From Eutreptiella sp. 'Long Island Sound 2002' (Eukaryota > Protista > Euglenida): a stretch of DNA of 64,000 nt. Below are positions 25,385 to 36,110 of this stretch, piece by piece (position 1 is the stretch's first letter; every line of letters begins with the position of its first letter). Below the pieces are notes generated by a model. It did not search any database and was not told the origin of the DNA. It saw only the letters and a list, made by a program, of their open reading frames with translations. The position numbers and the translations under genes were made by a program. The stretch is taken from NCBI GenBank assembly GCA_964036045.1, contig OZ038379.1, positions 2,604,001 through 2,668,000 on the forward strand. The letters are read 5' to 3'.

Positions 25385-26288
25385 CAACTCAGGCTTCCAC
25401 CTGCATTGGAAGAGGGGGAAGGGGTAGGGGTCTGGGGGGGTGGTTTGGACCCAGGGGGGGGGGGGGGGACCTCCTTCCTTTTTTTTTGTTCTAATGCGTG
25501 CCTGGGCCACGAGCCATGGCTGCAGGCAACCAGCGTTCCGGCTGTTCAAACCCTAGTTGCCCAGGGGATTCCACAAGTTGCGGGAAACAACACCCCGTGG
25601 TGTTCTGACACGGGCATTGTTCTCGCAAGGGGGGGGATGGGGTACAAATGCCTGGGCACATGCCAGCATGCAGATTTGCTCCAAGAAACATCCTCGACAA
25701 GCGGGGGTGGATGTCCAATGGGTGCAATTGACACACCATGGACCAACCGAGAAGGCACGCTTGGGGGGGAGGGGCGGGGGAAGGGAGGTTGCTGAGGACA
25801 GACTCCCTGGCACATGCACTACTCCCGACACACGCAGAAAAACACCGACAGGCACCGGAACAGGCAACATCAGACTGTGGTGTGTCCCAATGAATGTGCG
25901 CAGCGTTGCTTTGTTGTGGTCTTCCGTGATCTAAGTTCGCCCACTGGAGTCCGGCCCCCACGGCATGCGCAGCGCAGGATTCCCTTGCGTTCCTCAAGCG
26001 TGACTCATGGCATCCAGCACATTGGCATCCAAGTGGTAGATGGGCCAAGGGGAGGAACATACAACAAACATAGCAGGGACTGGTCACTGTGGCAAAAAGC
26101 AAGTGCTGACTGAAAACGAAACCAAAAGTCAAGCGGTCGATCTTGGACAACCGACAAGAGTGAGTCCATCCCATGCAAAAAGCACACGTGTGCAAGCCAT
26201 GGGATGGCCGTTCACCATGAGCGGCGCTGAGCAGCCGCCAAAAGGCAATTTACCGACGGCATTTTGCAGTTGAGCTCCTACTCCCTAA

Positions 26289-27023
26289 GGGGGAAATCCT
26301 TGCACTGCGCGCGCACTGCGCGCTACTTTTAGACTATGTTCCCCGCGAAGAGCCCCCAGGCACACCCATTGGAAACGCCCTTAGAATTAGGTGACCCAAA
26401 CTGCCCCACAAATCCACACGATGGTGCCAAGGCTGTCAATGGCAACCGTAACTTTATACACGCACCCGGCGTATTTAGGATTAAATAGGACATCACAAAG
26501 GATGCCTCCTATGGTAGCAATGGGCATGCTATCCACGTAATGTGTCACAAAATAAGGAAAGTGTGGGACGTGGTTCCACTCTGACAATCTTTCCACCCAT
26601 CGAATTTCAGCGACAACACCATTCAAGTAAGAACGAACACGATGCACACTTGCCCACCAAGCCTCCTCAGAGCACCCCGTTGCTCCAGAGAAGAAATGAG
26701 CACACCTATGAGGTGGAGTTTGCTTAAAGAAGAAAAAGAAGCGAAACAAATGTTCGTGTGGAAGTATCTCATCATGCCCATACTTACGCTCCCTCCTAGA
26801 AAAGAGTGGATGTGGTGGAGATGAGCAAAAAGGTGTGAAAAAGGGTGGAAATGGGTGAAAATGGGTGAAAATCCAAAAATGCCATATCCCCAATGTGGAA
26901 AAAGCATCAAAACCTACGCCACGGGGCAACAATGATGCCCCTAGTATCTCAAAGCACGGGTCTCCAGTACGGCCAGACGCCCAAATAGTTGCACTGCGCG
27001 CGCACTGCGCTTAAGGCGCCCCC
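26289..27023 (-). mobile_element. Non-autonomous PIF/Harbinger element with an internal transposase fragment
   Basis: TAA|GGGGG…CCCCC|TAA 3-bp TSD. The fragment …THYVDSMPI…NPKYAGCVYKVTVAIDSLGTIVWICG (26400-26700) matches the DDE_Tnp_4 pattern. Confidence 0.85.
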
Positions 27024-29854
27024 TAATGATTGCCAACGCACTGCCCAGGACCGTTCATGGGCCCCGCTCGCCGCGGTTCAACGGCCCCACGACGAGCGGG
27101 GTCCAGCCGAGACCGCGTAGGAGTACGCGTCCTCACGTGCCACGATGGTCAGGGGCCAGCGAAGATGTCCAAGGGGCGGCCAGGGCTGAACGTACTGCCC
27201 TTAGGACCGCGATGGCCAGCGGCATCAGCCAACAACCGGCGATGAAGGCGGGGAAAAAAGCCAAAAAAAAAAAAGAGCCAAGAAAGGAAAGCCTGCTCAG
27301 GAAAAAACGTCCTGCCCTGAAGGGTGCGCTTGCAGGGGGGGGGGGGCTTACAGGTTGTGGCAAAGGCGGTTGCTGGCGGTTGGAAAAGTCATTAGGCGGA
27401 GAAGCACAACGGACCTGCCGCGGAGTAGTCAGCACCCCAAAGGGGTGCATGAAGTGCCCGGCAGACACTACTGCTGCTGTCAGACGTCCCGCCCCTGTAC
27501 CGCACACCTGATCATCGGGAAATGCAGCGTGATCCCAAACCACCACCACGCCACACGGAAGGAGCGGACACTGAGCGGTATGCCTGCCCCCCTGGATATG
27601 TAACGCATTGGACCCGTTGGCCCCATGCTCGTTTTTTTTGGGGGGGGGGGGGGGCAGGCAAACATGAGCTGGCGTCGCCTGCTCACCGAATGGATGACTT
27701 CCCGGGATCCAGGTGCAGAGCTGTAACACGTGAACATCGGTTTGGTGTTAAAAAAAAAACAAATTGGGACAAGCGTTTGTTGACAAGAAGTCATTCCGTT
27801 GTGCAGATGGTGCCCCTACACACCAGAAGCATTGAAGTCCAATGCAAGAGCACTGGAAACTGTTGAAATTAAACACATGGCAAGAGCGAATGTTGAAGCG
27901 AAAGAAGTGAACAATGACTTTAATGAACAAAAGTACACTGAGAAGAAAGCAAAAATGAAACAAAAGGCACAGCAGCGCCGGCATCAGGCAGACGTCAGGG
28001 CACTACCCACCCCACTGATATCTGCTCCTCCCAAACCCATGAGGGGACCGCACGGTGTCATGACGCAGAAGCGGACTCGCAGGATCGCAGCCACATAAGA
28101 CCCCTGGCCCCGCAAACCGCCGCAAACCCCTGCGAACCGAGAAAGCAATCCCATCAGGAAATCTTTTTTTTTGTCCAGGCTCAACAAGTTCAAAGAGTGT
28201 AATGCGAGCTCTCAGGCAACCGCCTGGTTCAAGAAGTAGGGCATATAGTACAAACGAGGGCTCCACATTTAGCATGTGTTCCAGCTTTACCTGGGGAGCT
28301 GTCTCTGTTCACTACCTGCTTGGTCTACCCCTTGCATATGCACTACGCAGTGCCTATTGGCCTTATGTTGTGGTGAAGCTCACGTATTCTCTTGTGTTGC
28401 TGAGACCCATAGAGGCACCGTACCTTCCAAGGTGCTCCATCCCTTCCACTTCCATTTAGTTCACTGTGTGCTTTCTCCTCCTCCCTCTCATGACATACTC
28501 TCCTACTCTGTCCTACGCGTTTTGTGTATGCTGGTGCCGTCAGTACCGGACTCATTGCCATCCCTCGGGCGTCCTTTGCGGCTGGCGTTAATTGCATCTG
28601 CATGCAGTATGGCTACAGCCCACTCGTGTCCTGCTAACAGCTTCCGAATGTATGCAATGTATGCAATCCCATCAGGAAATCGTGATCCAATCAAATTCAG
28701 CGCCGCATGCATACGGTGTGTGCCTTGCAGCCCTGGGGCAAGAGGAAGGCCTCAAAAGGTCAGGTGTGGACCCGCCACTTTTGCTCCAGCCGCGCCTGCC
28801 TTCACACGGCCTTCACTGCAGTCTTATTTCGTAATAGGTGCTGGAATCAAGACAAGAGGAGGGTGGGGGGGGAGGGCTAATGAAGGTGAGCCAAGCGAAG
28901 GTGTAAGCGGAACCTTTGATGGACCAGCCCTGTTCAACACAGCTGCCTACCAAGAGCCACTGCATTGCATGGGCGGGCGGCAATCAAATCCATCGTGCGC
29001 CGAAGCACCTCATGTTGCATGGGTGCGGAAGAGGGGGGGGGGGGGGGATACAACATGTTCTGGCGTGCTGCCACAAAGTCCACACAGTGCCCCCTTTGGC
29101 CAGCACCGCCTCGACCCTGGAAATCGCCTGCACAAGGGCAGTGGTTGCAGCATGGGCCTGGCAATCAAAAGCGGTGGCGCTTGCCCTCCCACTTCAGTGG
29201 ACTCGACTCTCCCGATCTGTGGCCCGATGTTCCGGTCTTCGGGGGCGTTGCCGCACAGTGCGTTGGGACGCACCCCACGTGCGCTGCAACACAAGCCCAA
29301 AAGTCGAGAATTTGGGATACCACATCACGAACCGGAAGCTTCCGACCAACGAACTGAAACAGGGCTGCGACGGGGTCCCGAACCGTGACATGCCTGCGGC
29401 ACAGCAGCCACCGCGCACGCGCGACTCGCCCCTCCGTCCGTTTGTCAGCCGTGCGCGTCCCTTTGCAGACCACAACACCAACCGTGACGGAAGCAACAGT
29501 TGGTGCTGTGCGGCCAAGGGCGCTGGTTTCTCGCTACCCTACCACACACGCGCAGGAAGCCCCGCAGTCCAGCCGTCATGGCACACAACGCCTGCCCAGG
29601 GGGTGCCGGGATCGAACCCCGGGTGGGTAACGAAGACAACAGAGAGACATGGCGTTGCTAACAGATCGCCTGCAAACCCCCCCCCTGTGCTGTTGCACTG
29701 CGCGCCAGAAGGGCACTGGCACGGAGCTCCCAGATTTGCCCTCCGAAGCTGGGCCATCTGCCGCTGAAAAGCGAGACTGCCACGTGGCCCAACATGTCCT
29801 CGGAGGCCGTTTGTGAGACTGGGGGTCTTGCAGTGACCTCCGAACAGACGGTCA

Positions 29855-30039
29855 TAGGGCGTCAGGCCGAATGTCCCAATTCGAACTCGGCATCCGAAGT
29901 CGCCCTGAATTCGCTGAATTTGCTCGCCCTCACCCGTGGGCGCTTTTTTGCGACGCAAGATCGCGAATGCGAATTCCACTCGCGAATTCTCCCAAATTCG
30001 AATTCGTTTGTCTGAATCCGGCCCGCGTCTGACGCCCGA
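29855..30039. mobile_element. MITE related to the 47672 element
   Basis: Ends TAGGGCGTCAG and CTGACGCCCGA, GAATTC/TTCGAA-rich interior; no clear TSD. Confidence 0.5.
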
Positions 30040-33000
30040 GCGCGTGCATGCTCTTTGAGAGGCACCCGACGCAAACCCCGCGGGCCTCGCCCAGCAGAAT
30101 GGGCCCCCTATGACGCGGGTGACATGACAGTGACCTATCCTGCCACAGCCATACCCCCTCGGCAAAATCTGGGGCACGCCGCAAGCGCAAAGCCTCCGGC
30201 ACGGCTCGGGGCGGGGGGGGAGTTCGGGGGCGGGGGGGATACGGATCCTCCGTGGAGGGCAGAGGGGGTCCCCAGCAGGGGGGAGTGCCATGGGAGCGCA
30301 CGCAGTGCAGCGACCGCCCCCCGCTGTACACGGGCACGACCCCCGCACCAATCGGGATCGCCCATGCAAAGCAAACCGGTCAGGCCCGTGCCTCTGCATC
30401 GGCACGCCCTCGGCACAGCGGCTCTGGGCTGCGTCTCGACGTTCGGGGGCACGCGTCGCGGACGCTCGGCCCGGGGTCGTGCTTTTCCGCTGTGTTCCAC
30501 ACATTCCACAAGTGTTGTGTGCAAAGCGGACCTACATAATACAAATGTGGCGCAGCCCTGTGCGGTCAGCGACGGGAGACGGTGGCCGGCGCAGAACGGC
30601 CCTTGCACGCGGGTGACAGTCCGGAGCATCCCCGGGACGATGCAGTACAATGCCAAGTGGTGCCGCCGTGAGCGAATCTCTTGACTCAAAGCCGCGGCAT
30701 GAATCCCGGGACTCCTCCCGACACTCGATTGCTCGTGCCGGGGCGCCAAAAGGACAGGCACGGGAGACGTGGTGCAAGATCCAAACCGTCGGGCCAGAAC
30801 ACCTGCCATCCATCCACAGACAGAGGCACAACGACCGTCCGCGAATTGAGACGAAATGATGGCCGTTGAGGGTTACCGACATTGCCACAGGACACGGGCA
30901 TCCCGCGCATTGTACATATGCACATACAAATGGACTGCACGTAGCCCTCAATATCCGCAAGCGAATCTGGAGAAACACGCACACATGCAGCCGCTTGCAG
31001 CTGCAATTACTCCTCTGGAGGCTAGGGCATGGGAAGCCGCACAGGGCTTTGCAATGATGGGGGGCTCCCATCATGAGGCCTGCAGTATTGCTGCAGCGCA
31101 CAGATCTTCTGGGCTGAGGACAGATTGAAGGGGGTGGGGCTATCCCTCCCTCCCTCCCTCCCTCCCTCCCTCTCCGTACTTCCCGGCTGAGACCTCTGAG
31201 TGCGTGTTCAGCCCAAACAAGCCACTCCTGCGTCCGTTGTGGTGGCGTGCCACATGCACAAACGCTCCGCACCACCCCCTCGATCCACACATCCTCTCCT
31301 TTCCTCCCTCCGTCCCTGCTGACCGTTCGAGTGTAGTAACCCAGCGCCCAGCACCATGTCTTTGTGTGACCTCCGCGATGATTCAGATTGTGGGGAGGCA
31401 ACCAAACGTTGTGGGTGCGGGTGGACTGCCCCATTGCTCGCAGATGCAGCATACCACCCCATGCCCCTGGAGGGGGGGTTAGGCCGTAAAGACTGAGGTC
31501 CAAAACTCGCCGGGGAACGGGGGATGATAAAGAGGGGGGTGTTCCATGAAGGGCGGGACCCCCTCCCCCCGTTGTAAGAACAGCGTTAAAACCACCGAAA
31601 AATCCCCCCAAACAACGCCTCCTTTTGTTCCCACAAGGGTGTCGTAGACACGCGCCCTGAGAAGACACGAGCAGTGGCGCTACCTCAGTGCCCGGGCCAT
31701 GTCTTATGACCTGCACGCCTGGACCACCGGACATGCGGCATCACGTGGCAGGGCAGTAATCAGCCCCAAAAGACCATCCCCAGCCCCAAATCAATGAAAA
31801 AATTTGGTGTTCAGGGACCACCAGCAAATGGAAGGGTCAAACGCCACGGTTCCACAAGTTGCAGAAACAACACCCCGTGTTGTTCTGACACGGGCGTTCA
31901 GACCCTGTGTGGCCCCTCAAGATCGGTGAGGTGTGGGAGAGACTCTTCCCGGGCTGTCCACTCCCGAGCCAAGGGCCAGTAGGAACATCCTTGTCCAACG
32001 GCACCCGGTGCTGTGCCAGGGATCCCATGCGCAGCTCGAGAACGCTTTGCCCGGCTGCCATTCCGCTCTCAACGTTCATGACTTCCGTTGGCCGCTCTGA
32101 CCCAGGGCTGCAGATTGAAGGGTGTGTGGTGGGAGGCCCTGGAGCCCCCTGGGGGACCCAGGAAGGGTGTTGTTGTGTTGTCTGGATTCCCCCGAACAGG
32201 GGGCTTGTGGTCTGAGGCTGGCCATTAGAGCAACGTCTCTGCGAACAACACCGCCCCTTGAAGAGGGCCTAGCCCTTCTTTGGGGACGACGGTCCAGTGG
32301 AGGTTGGTTTGGGTGGGGGTTCCCCCCGGGCTCTTGGAGGCGGTGTCAGGGCTAAGGATGGGGGAACCGCCGACGGGACAAGGGGAGCGCCTCGCCCAGC
32401 GCATAGTCCTGTCCTGCACCCCGCTCCCCCCCCTCACTGTATGGCACTGGACACCGGGTGTACTACGTGCGGTGAGCACCCTCCGCCCTCCCCTTGCAAG
32501 CAGTAATCTGAGGGTACAAACATTACTCAGTATGCTTGTCTTTGTTGAGAACGTAGTCCCCTCCTTCTGGTAAAAGTACTGTAGCAGTACAGTACAATAC
32601 ATTACAGCGTGGCATAGTGCTTTCGGGGCAAACCATAGGTTAGTACATCATAGTATAGCTCCACAAAGCAAGGCAGGACACTTTGAATAACAACGTCTGC
32701 TGGGGTGCAGGCCCCGCGGGGCTGATGGTCGAAGCACACGCGGCGGCGCCGCATCTCTGCCCAGTGTAGCAGCCCCCCAATCACTGCACCAGCTGCTCAG
32801 CGAGGCACGTGCACGGGTGGAGTGCTGACTTGCAGCTTGAGGAGCTGGTCCGTCAGTTTTGCCAACGGTCGAGGTTCGCCAACGGAGATGACGTGCGCTA
32901 AGTGCTGCGTTGCTTGCGTGCTCCACCGGGCGCCGCGTGGCGGAGCTGAGCAAACGGGTTCAACGGGGTCCAATGCACAGTCTGATTCTGGATGATTCTT

Positions 33001-34141
33001 CAGGCTGGTCCGTGCACCGCTTTCAATGCGTGACGCGAGGGGAGAGGGCAGGAAGGAAGGCGAACAGAGGGGAGCCTTCAGCCGCTGCAACAGGCTGGAC
33101 CCTCCACCCCTTTTCCTCCAAAAGGGCTCTTTGACCGAAGCCCACATCGGGGCCCCACAGGGGGGGCAGGGGGAGGGGACATGGGTATTCGGGCGGTAAC
33201 CGACGTCGGCTGGAGGGTAACCGATGGCGGTTGAGCGGTTGTTTTGGGCGCTCCCTAACGGCGCTCCTTGGCGCAAAGAACAAGCTAAAAGAAAAAGACG
33301 GAGTGACGACCCCAACAGCCACACCTTGAAAGCAGCTCCGCGACGCGGTGATCGGTTTGAGGGATGGGTCATCCGCTAACACCCTCGTGCCACCCAGGGC
33401 AACGCCCCGGCACCCCGCACCAAACCCGTCGACACATCCCACTGCATGTAGCACCACTGCACCGATGAAGAAGGGGACGGGAACAGACAACGGGGGGCAG
33501 GTTGGGGGGAGGTCCGCAGATGCCCCGAAGGCCTGCTTACAATTCACGAGAGAGAGGACGCGCACAGCTGATATCAGAGGCCGCCCTTGGGCTCGAGGCG
33601 CCAAAACACAAAACGCAGTGCCGCACTGCCCTGCCACTGCCACACCGCAGCCACTACGCTGCGAGGGCGCTCTCGTTCTGGCTGATCCGGGGGAGGGGAC
33701 GTGCACACCGCAGCGCATGCAGACGGTCCCGGACCGTGCGCGGCGGTGTCACAGGGCGTCCCCCGGCGCCAAACCGGACGCGGTTCCGACCACCACTGGT
33801 TCATGGCCGGGCCTCTGAATGGGCCGCGGCGCGTGCGCGCGGACGTGTGTCCCGGTACGTGTGTCGGCGCGCGTGCCCGGCCGCTGTTGGACTGCGGACG
33901 GGCACGTGCGACGAACGTATGCAGCGGGTCCGAACCGCATGTCACTGTTCGGGACCTGTCCTTGAGGGGCCCGTTGCCCTGCACGGGCCGCGCAAGGCGG
34001 TGGGGCCTCTGGCCCAGGAAGGCACAGGGTTTCAGCGGGCTTCAAACATGGGCCGTGGCGTTGACAGGGCCATGGTCATGCAACGGCGGGCATATCCAAC
34101 GCACCGCAAATCTCATGCATTGGATACGGCAGCGCTAGGGC

Positions 34142-34370
34142 CAGGGCGCTCACTAATTCGAACAAAAAAAAAGGAAAACATACACTCCGTCATGTTCGGG
34201 CGGTAATTGACGGCGGTTGGGCGGCAGGCAATGGCGGTTGGAGGGTAACCGACGGCGGGTGGACGGTACGCCGGTGGTTGAGCGGTTGTTTTGGAAGCTC
34301 CGTAACGGTGCTCCTTGACGCAAGACAAAAGTCAGGAAAAAGACAACGAAAAAGAAAAGATGCGGTGATA
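34142..34370. repeat. Truncated CAGGG-terminated MITE-like repeat; related fragment at about 33185-33300
   Basis: CAGGGCGCTCACTAATTCG start; shared GGCGGTT/GAGGGTAACCGA…TTGAGCGGTTGTTTTGG blocks. Confidence 0.65.
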
Positions 34371-34924
34371 AAGGAGCGCGGTGGCTTGGGCACAACGGGA
34401 CAAGGGGGCGGGGGCGGGGGGCGGTGGGGGCAATAATGTGACGAATCCCAAGGTCCGGGGATCTGTGCCTGAGGACCATTGACGACGCTACATGTTCCCA
34501 ACCTGAACCCAGGCGCACAAGCACTCCTACCCCGACCCGGCGTGCATCGCCGAGCCTCACATGCACCAGACCCCAGCCCCGAGGTCCACAGACCACACAC
34601 ACCGCGACTCATGAACGTGTGCATACGTGACGTCATCGTCCTTGGGGCATGTGGTGCACCGTCACTCCTGGGCCCCACATGCACCAAAAAAAAGCACTCA
34701 AGCCACTGAACACACATTTCCGCAACGGCACGTGCATGGGGTATGCCAGAGGCTGTTCTCCTTGAAACCTGCCCCGAAGTGACCGACACAAAGGTGCCCA
34801 CTGGAAAACCGTCAAAAACTCTCGTACTTGATGCGCCGAGTGTGGGGTCACACACCGCTGTGGGTATCAGGGGGGGAAGACGCAGGTCGCGTGCGCGTGC
34901 CTCACGATGCGCAAGGGGACAGAG

Positions 34925-35200
34925 TCACACGGGAATCCCGGCTCAGCAGGTGTATACCCGACTGGTCCGCACCATCATGGGGCCCGGGGGGGGGGGGGGG
35001 GTGGCGCTGGCCGGACCCCAAAGAGGGGGAGAATCAAAGTGGCTCCATATCCCCTGCCCCCTCAGGGTCCCCACGTTGGGGCAGAGGTTGCCCAAAGGTC
35101 TCGGCCAAGTGGCACTATCCTGGGCCCCCTGGGCTCTTGGGGGTAGGGGCCCTTGGGTTGCCTGAGCCGGGATTCCCGTGGTCAGCGCACCAGCCGACGC
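34925..35200. repeat. Interspersed repeat family copy; partner at 6530-6850
   Basis: Same shared blocks as the 6530 copy. Confidence 0.85.
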
Positions 35201-35864
35201 CCAAGCTTTGACAGACGCGGGTGTCCCGCCGTGTTCCAAGCGTCTGCACAAGCTCTCATCGCCACCCCCTTTGGGCAATCACAGCGGGGCTGTCCACAAC
35301 GTTCACGTGTTCATGTTGTCAACGCTCCCCCAGGGCATTGCCCTCACGCCGGTCACACTAGTGGCGGCGTTGTTGGCCTCCGATGCAAAGCGAGCGGTGA
35401 CAACGCCGTCGGTCTCGATGCAAGCACCCCCCCCCCCCCCCTACAACACGGCATCGCATGCCCCCAACCCCCGTGACGGATCAACTGACAACATGCCACG
35501 CCGAGCGAACCCCGCCAAGCCCCCCGCCCCCAGCGGACCATCGTCCAATCCACCGCCCAAAAAACCGGGGCGCATGCGAGACAAGACAGAGGACATGCGC
35601 GCGCATGCGGACGCGCGGACACACATGGGGGCGTGCGCATGCAACAGGCAGCAAAGACATGGGCATGGGCCCGCAGGCCCCACAGCTACAGGCCTGCGCT
35701 TGAAGGAGAGGGAGGCCAGAGGGTAGTGCCTTCGAAACCAGTTGGCCGCGGGTGGGAAAAGCGGTTAGAGGGAGCAGGAGGCGGTAGTTACAAAACCGTT
35801 GCAGTTGCAGTTGGGGTGGGACACCCCCCCCCCTTCAAGCTCAGGCCTGGGCCCTACACTCCAA

Positions 35865-36110
35865 CTACATCAGCTTGATCCCGTTCTGTTTCGCCCAACG
35901 GTTCATGATGGGCACCACAATGTCCGCCTCGGCGTTGCTGGAGTTCCGCAGCATGGCCACCACGTCCCGCAACGCTTCCGTGGGCTCGCGGCCGGCGATC
36001 ACCTGCTGGAAGACCCCCACGCACGCCCCACGCTTGCCCTCCCAGTACTCCTCGGGATCCAGGCGTTCCAGCACATCGAAGGCCTTGGCGGAGTAGTAGA
36101 AGCTGCCGAT
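35865..36110 (-). CDS. IFT56: IFT56 exon 11, terminal ([11 protein letters not shown]...[10 protein letters not shown])
   Basis: Acceptor tgcag|ATC, TAG stop at 35867-35865. Confidence 0.95.
   Translation of the reverse strand: MGSFYYSAKAFDVLERLDPEEYWEGKRGACVGVFQQVIAGREPTEALRDVVAMLRNSSNAEADIVVPIMNRWAKQNGIKLM

Noticed and set aside
26284-26293. TAAGG direct repeats and TTAGGG-like targets suggesting Crypton- or TATE-style recombinase integration for the 26289 element
   Set aside because: Extending the ends shows GGGGG/CCCCC termini with 3-bp TSDs in all three copies, and the element contains a DDE_Tnp_4 fragment. Harbinger explains this better.
29599-29625. tRNA-like GGTTCGATCCC (B-box) on the minus strand
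   Set aside because: No A-box, D arm, anticodon arm or acceptor stem can be folded, and the hairpin is not a canonical T arm. At most it is a decayed SINE remnant.
28276-31734. Long ORFs (370, 321, 400 and 283 aa)
   Set aside because: They run through repeats and poly-G/C tracts, overlap on both strands, and have no motifs. This is expected from stop-codon scarcity in GC-rich DNA.
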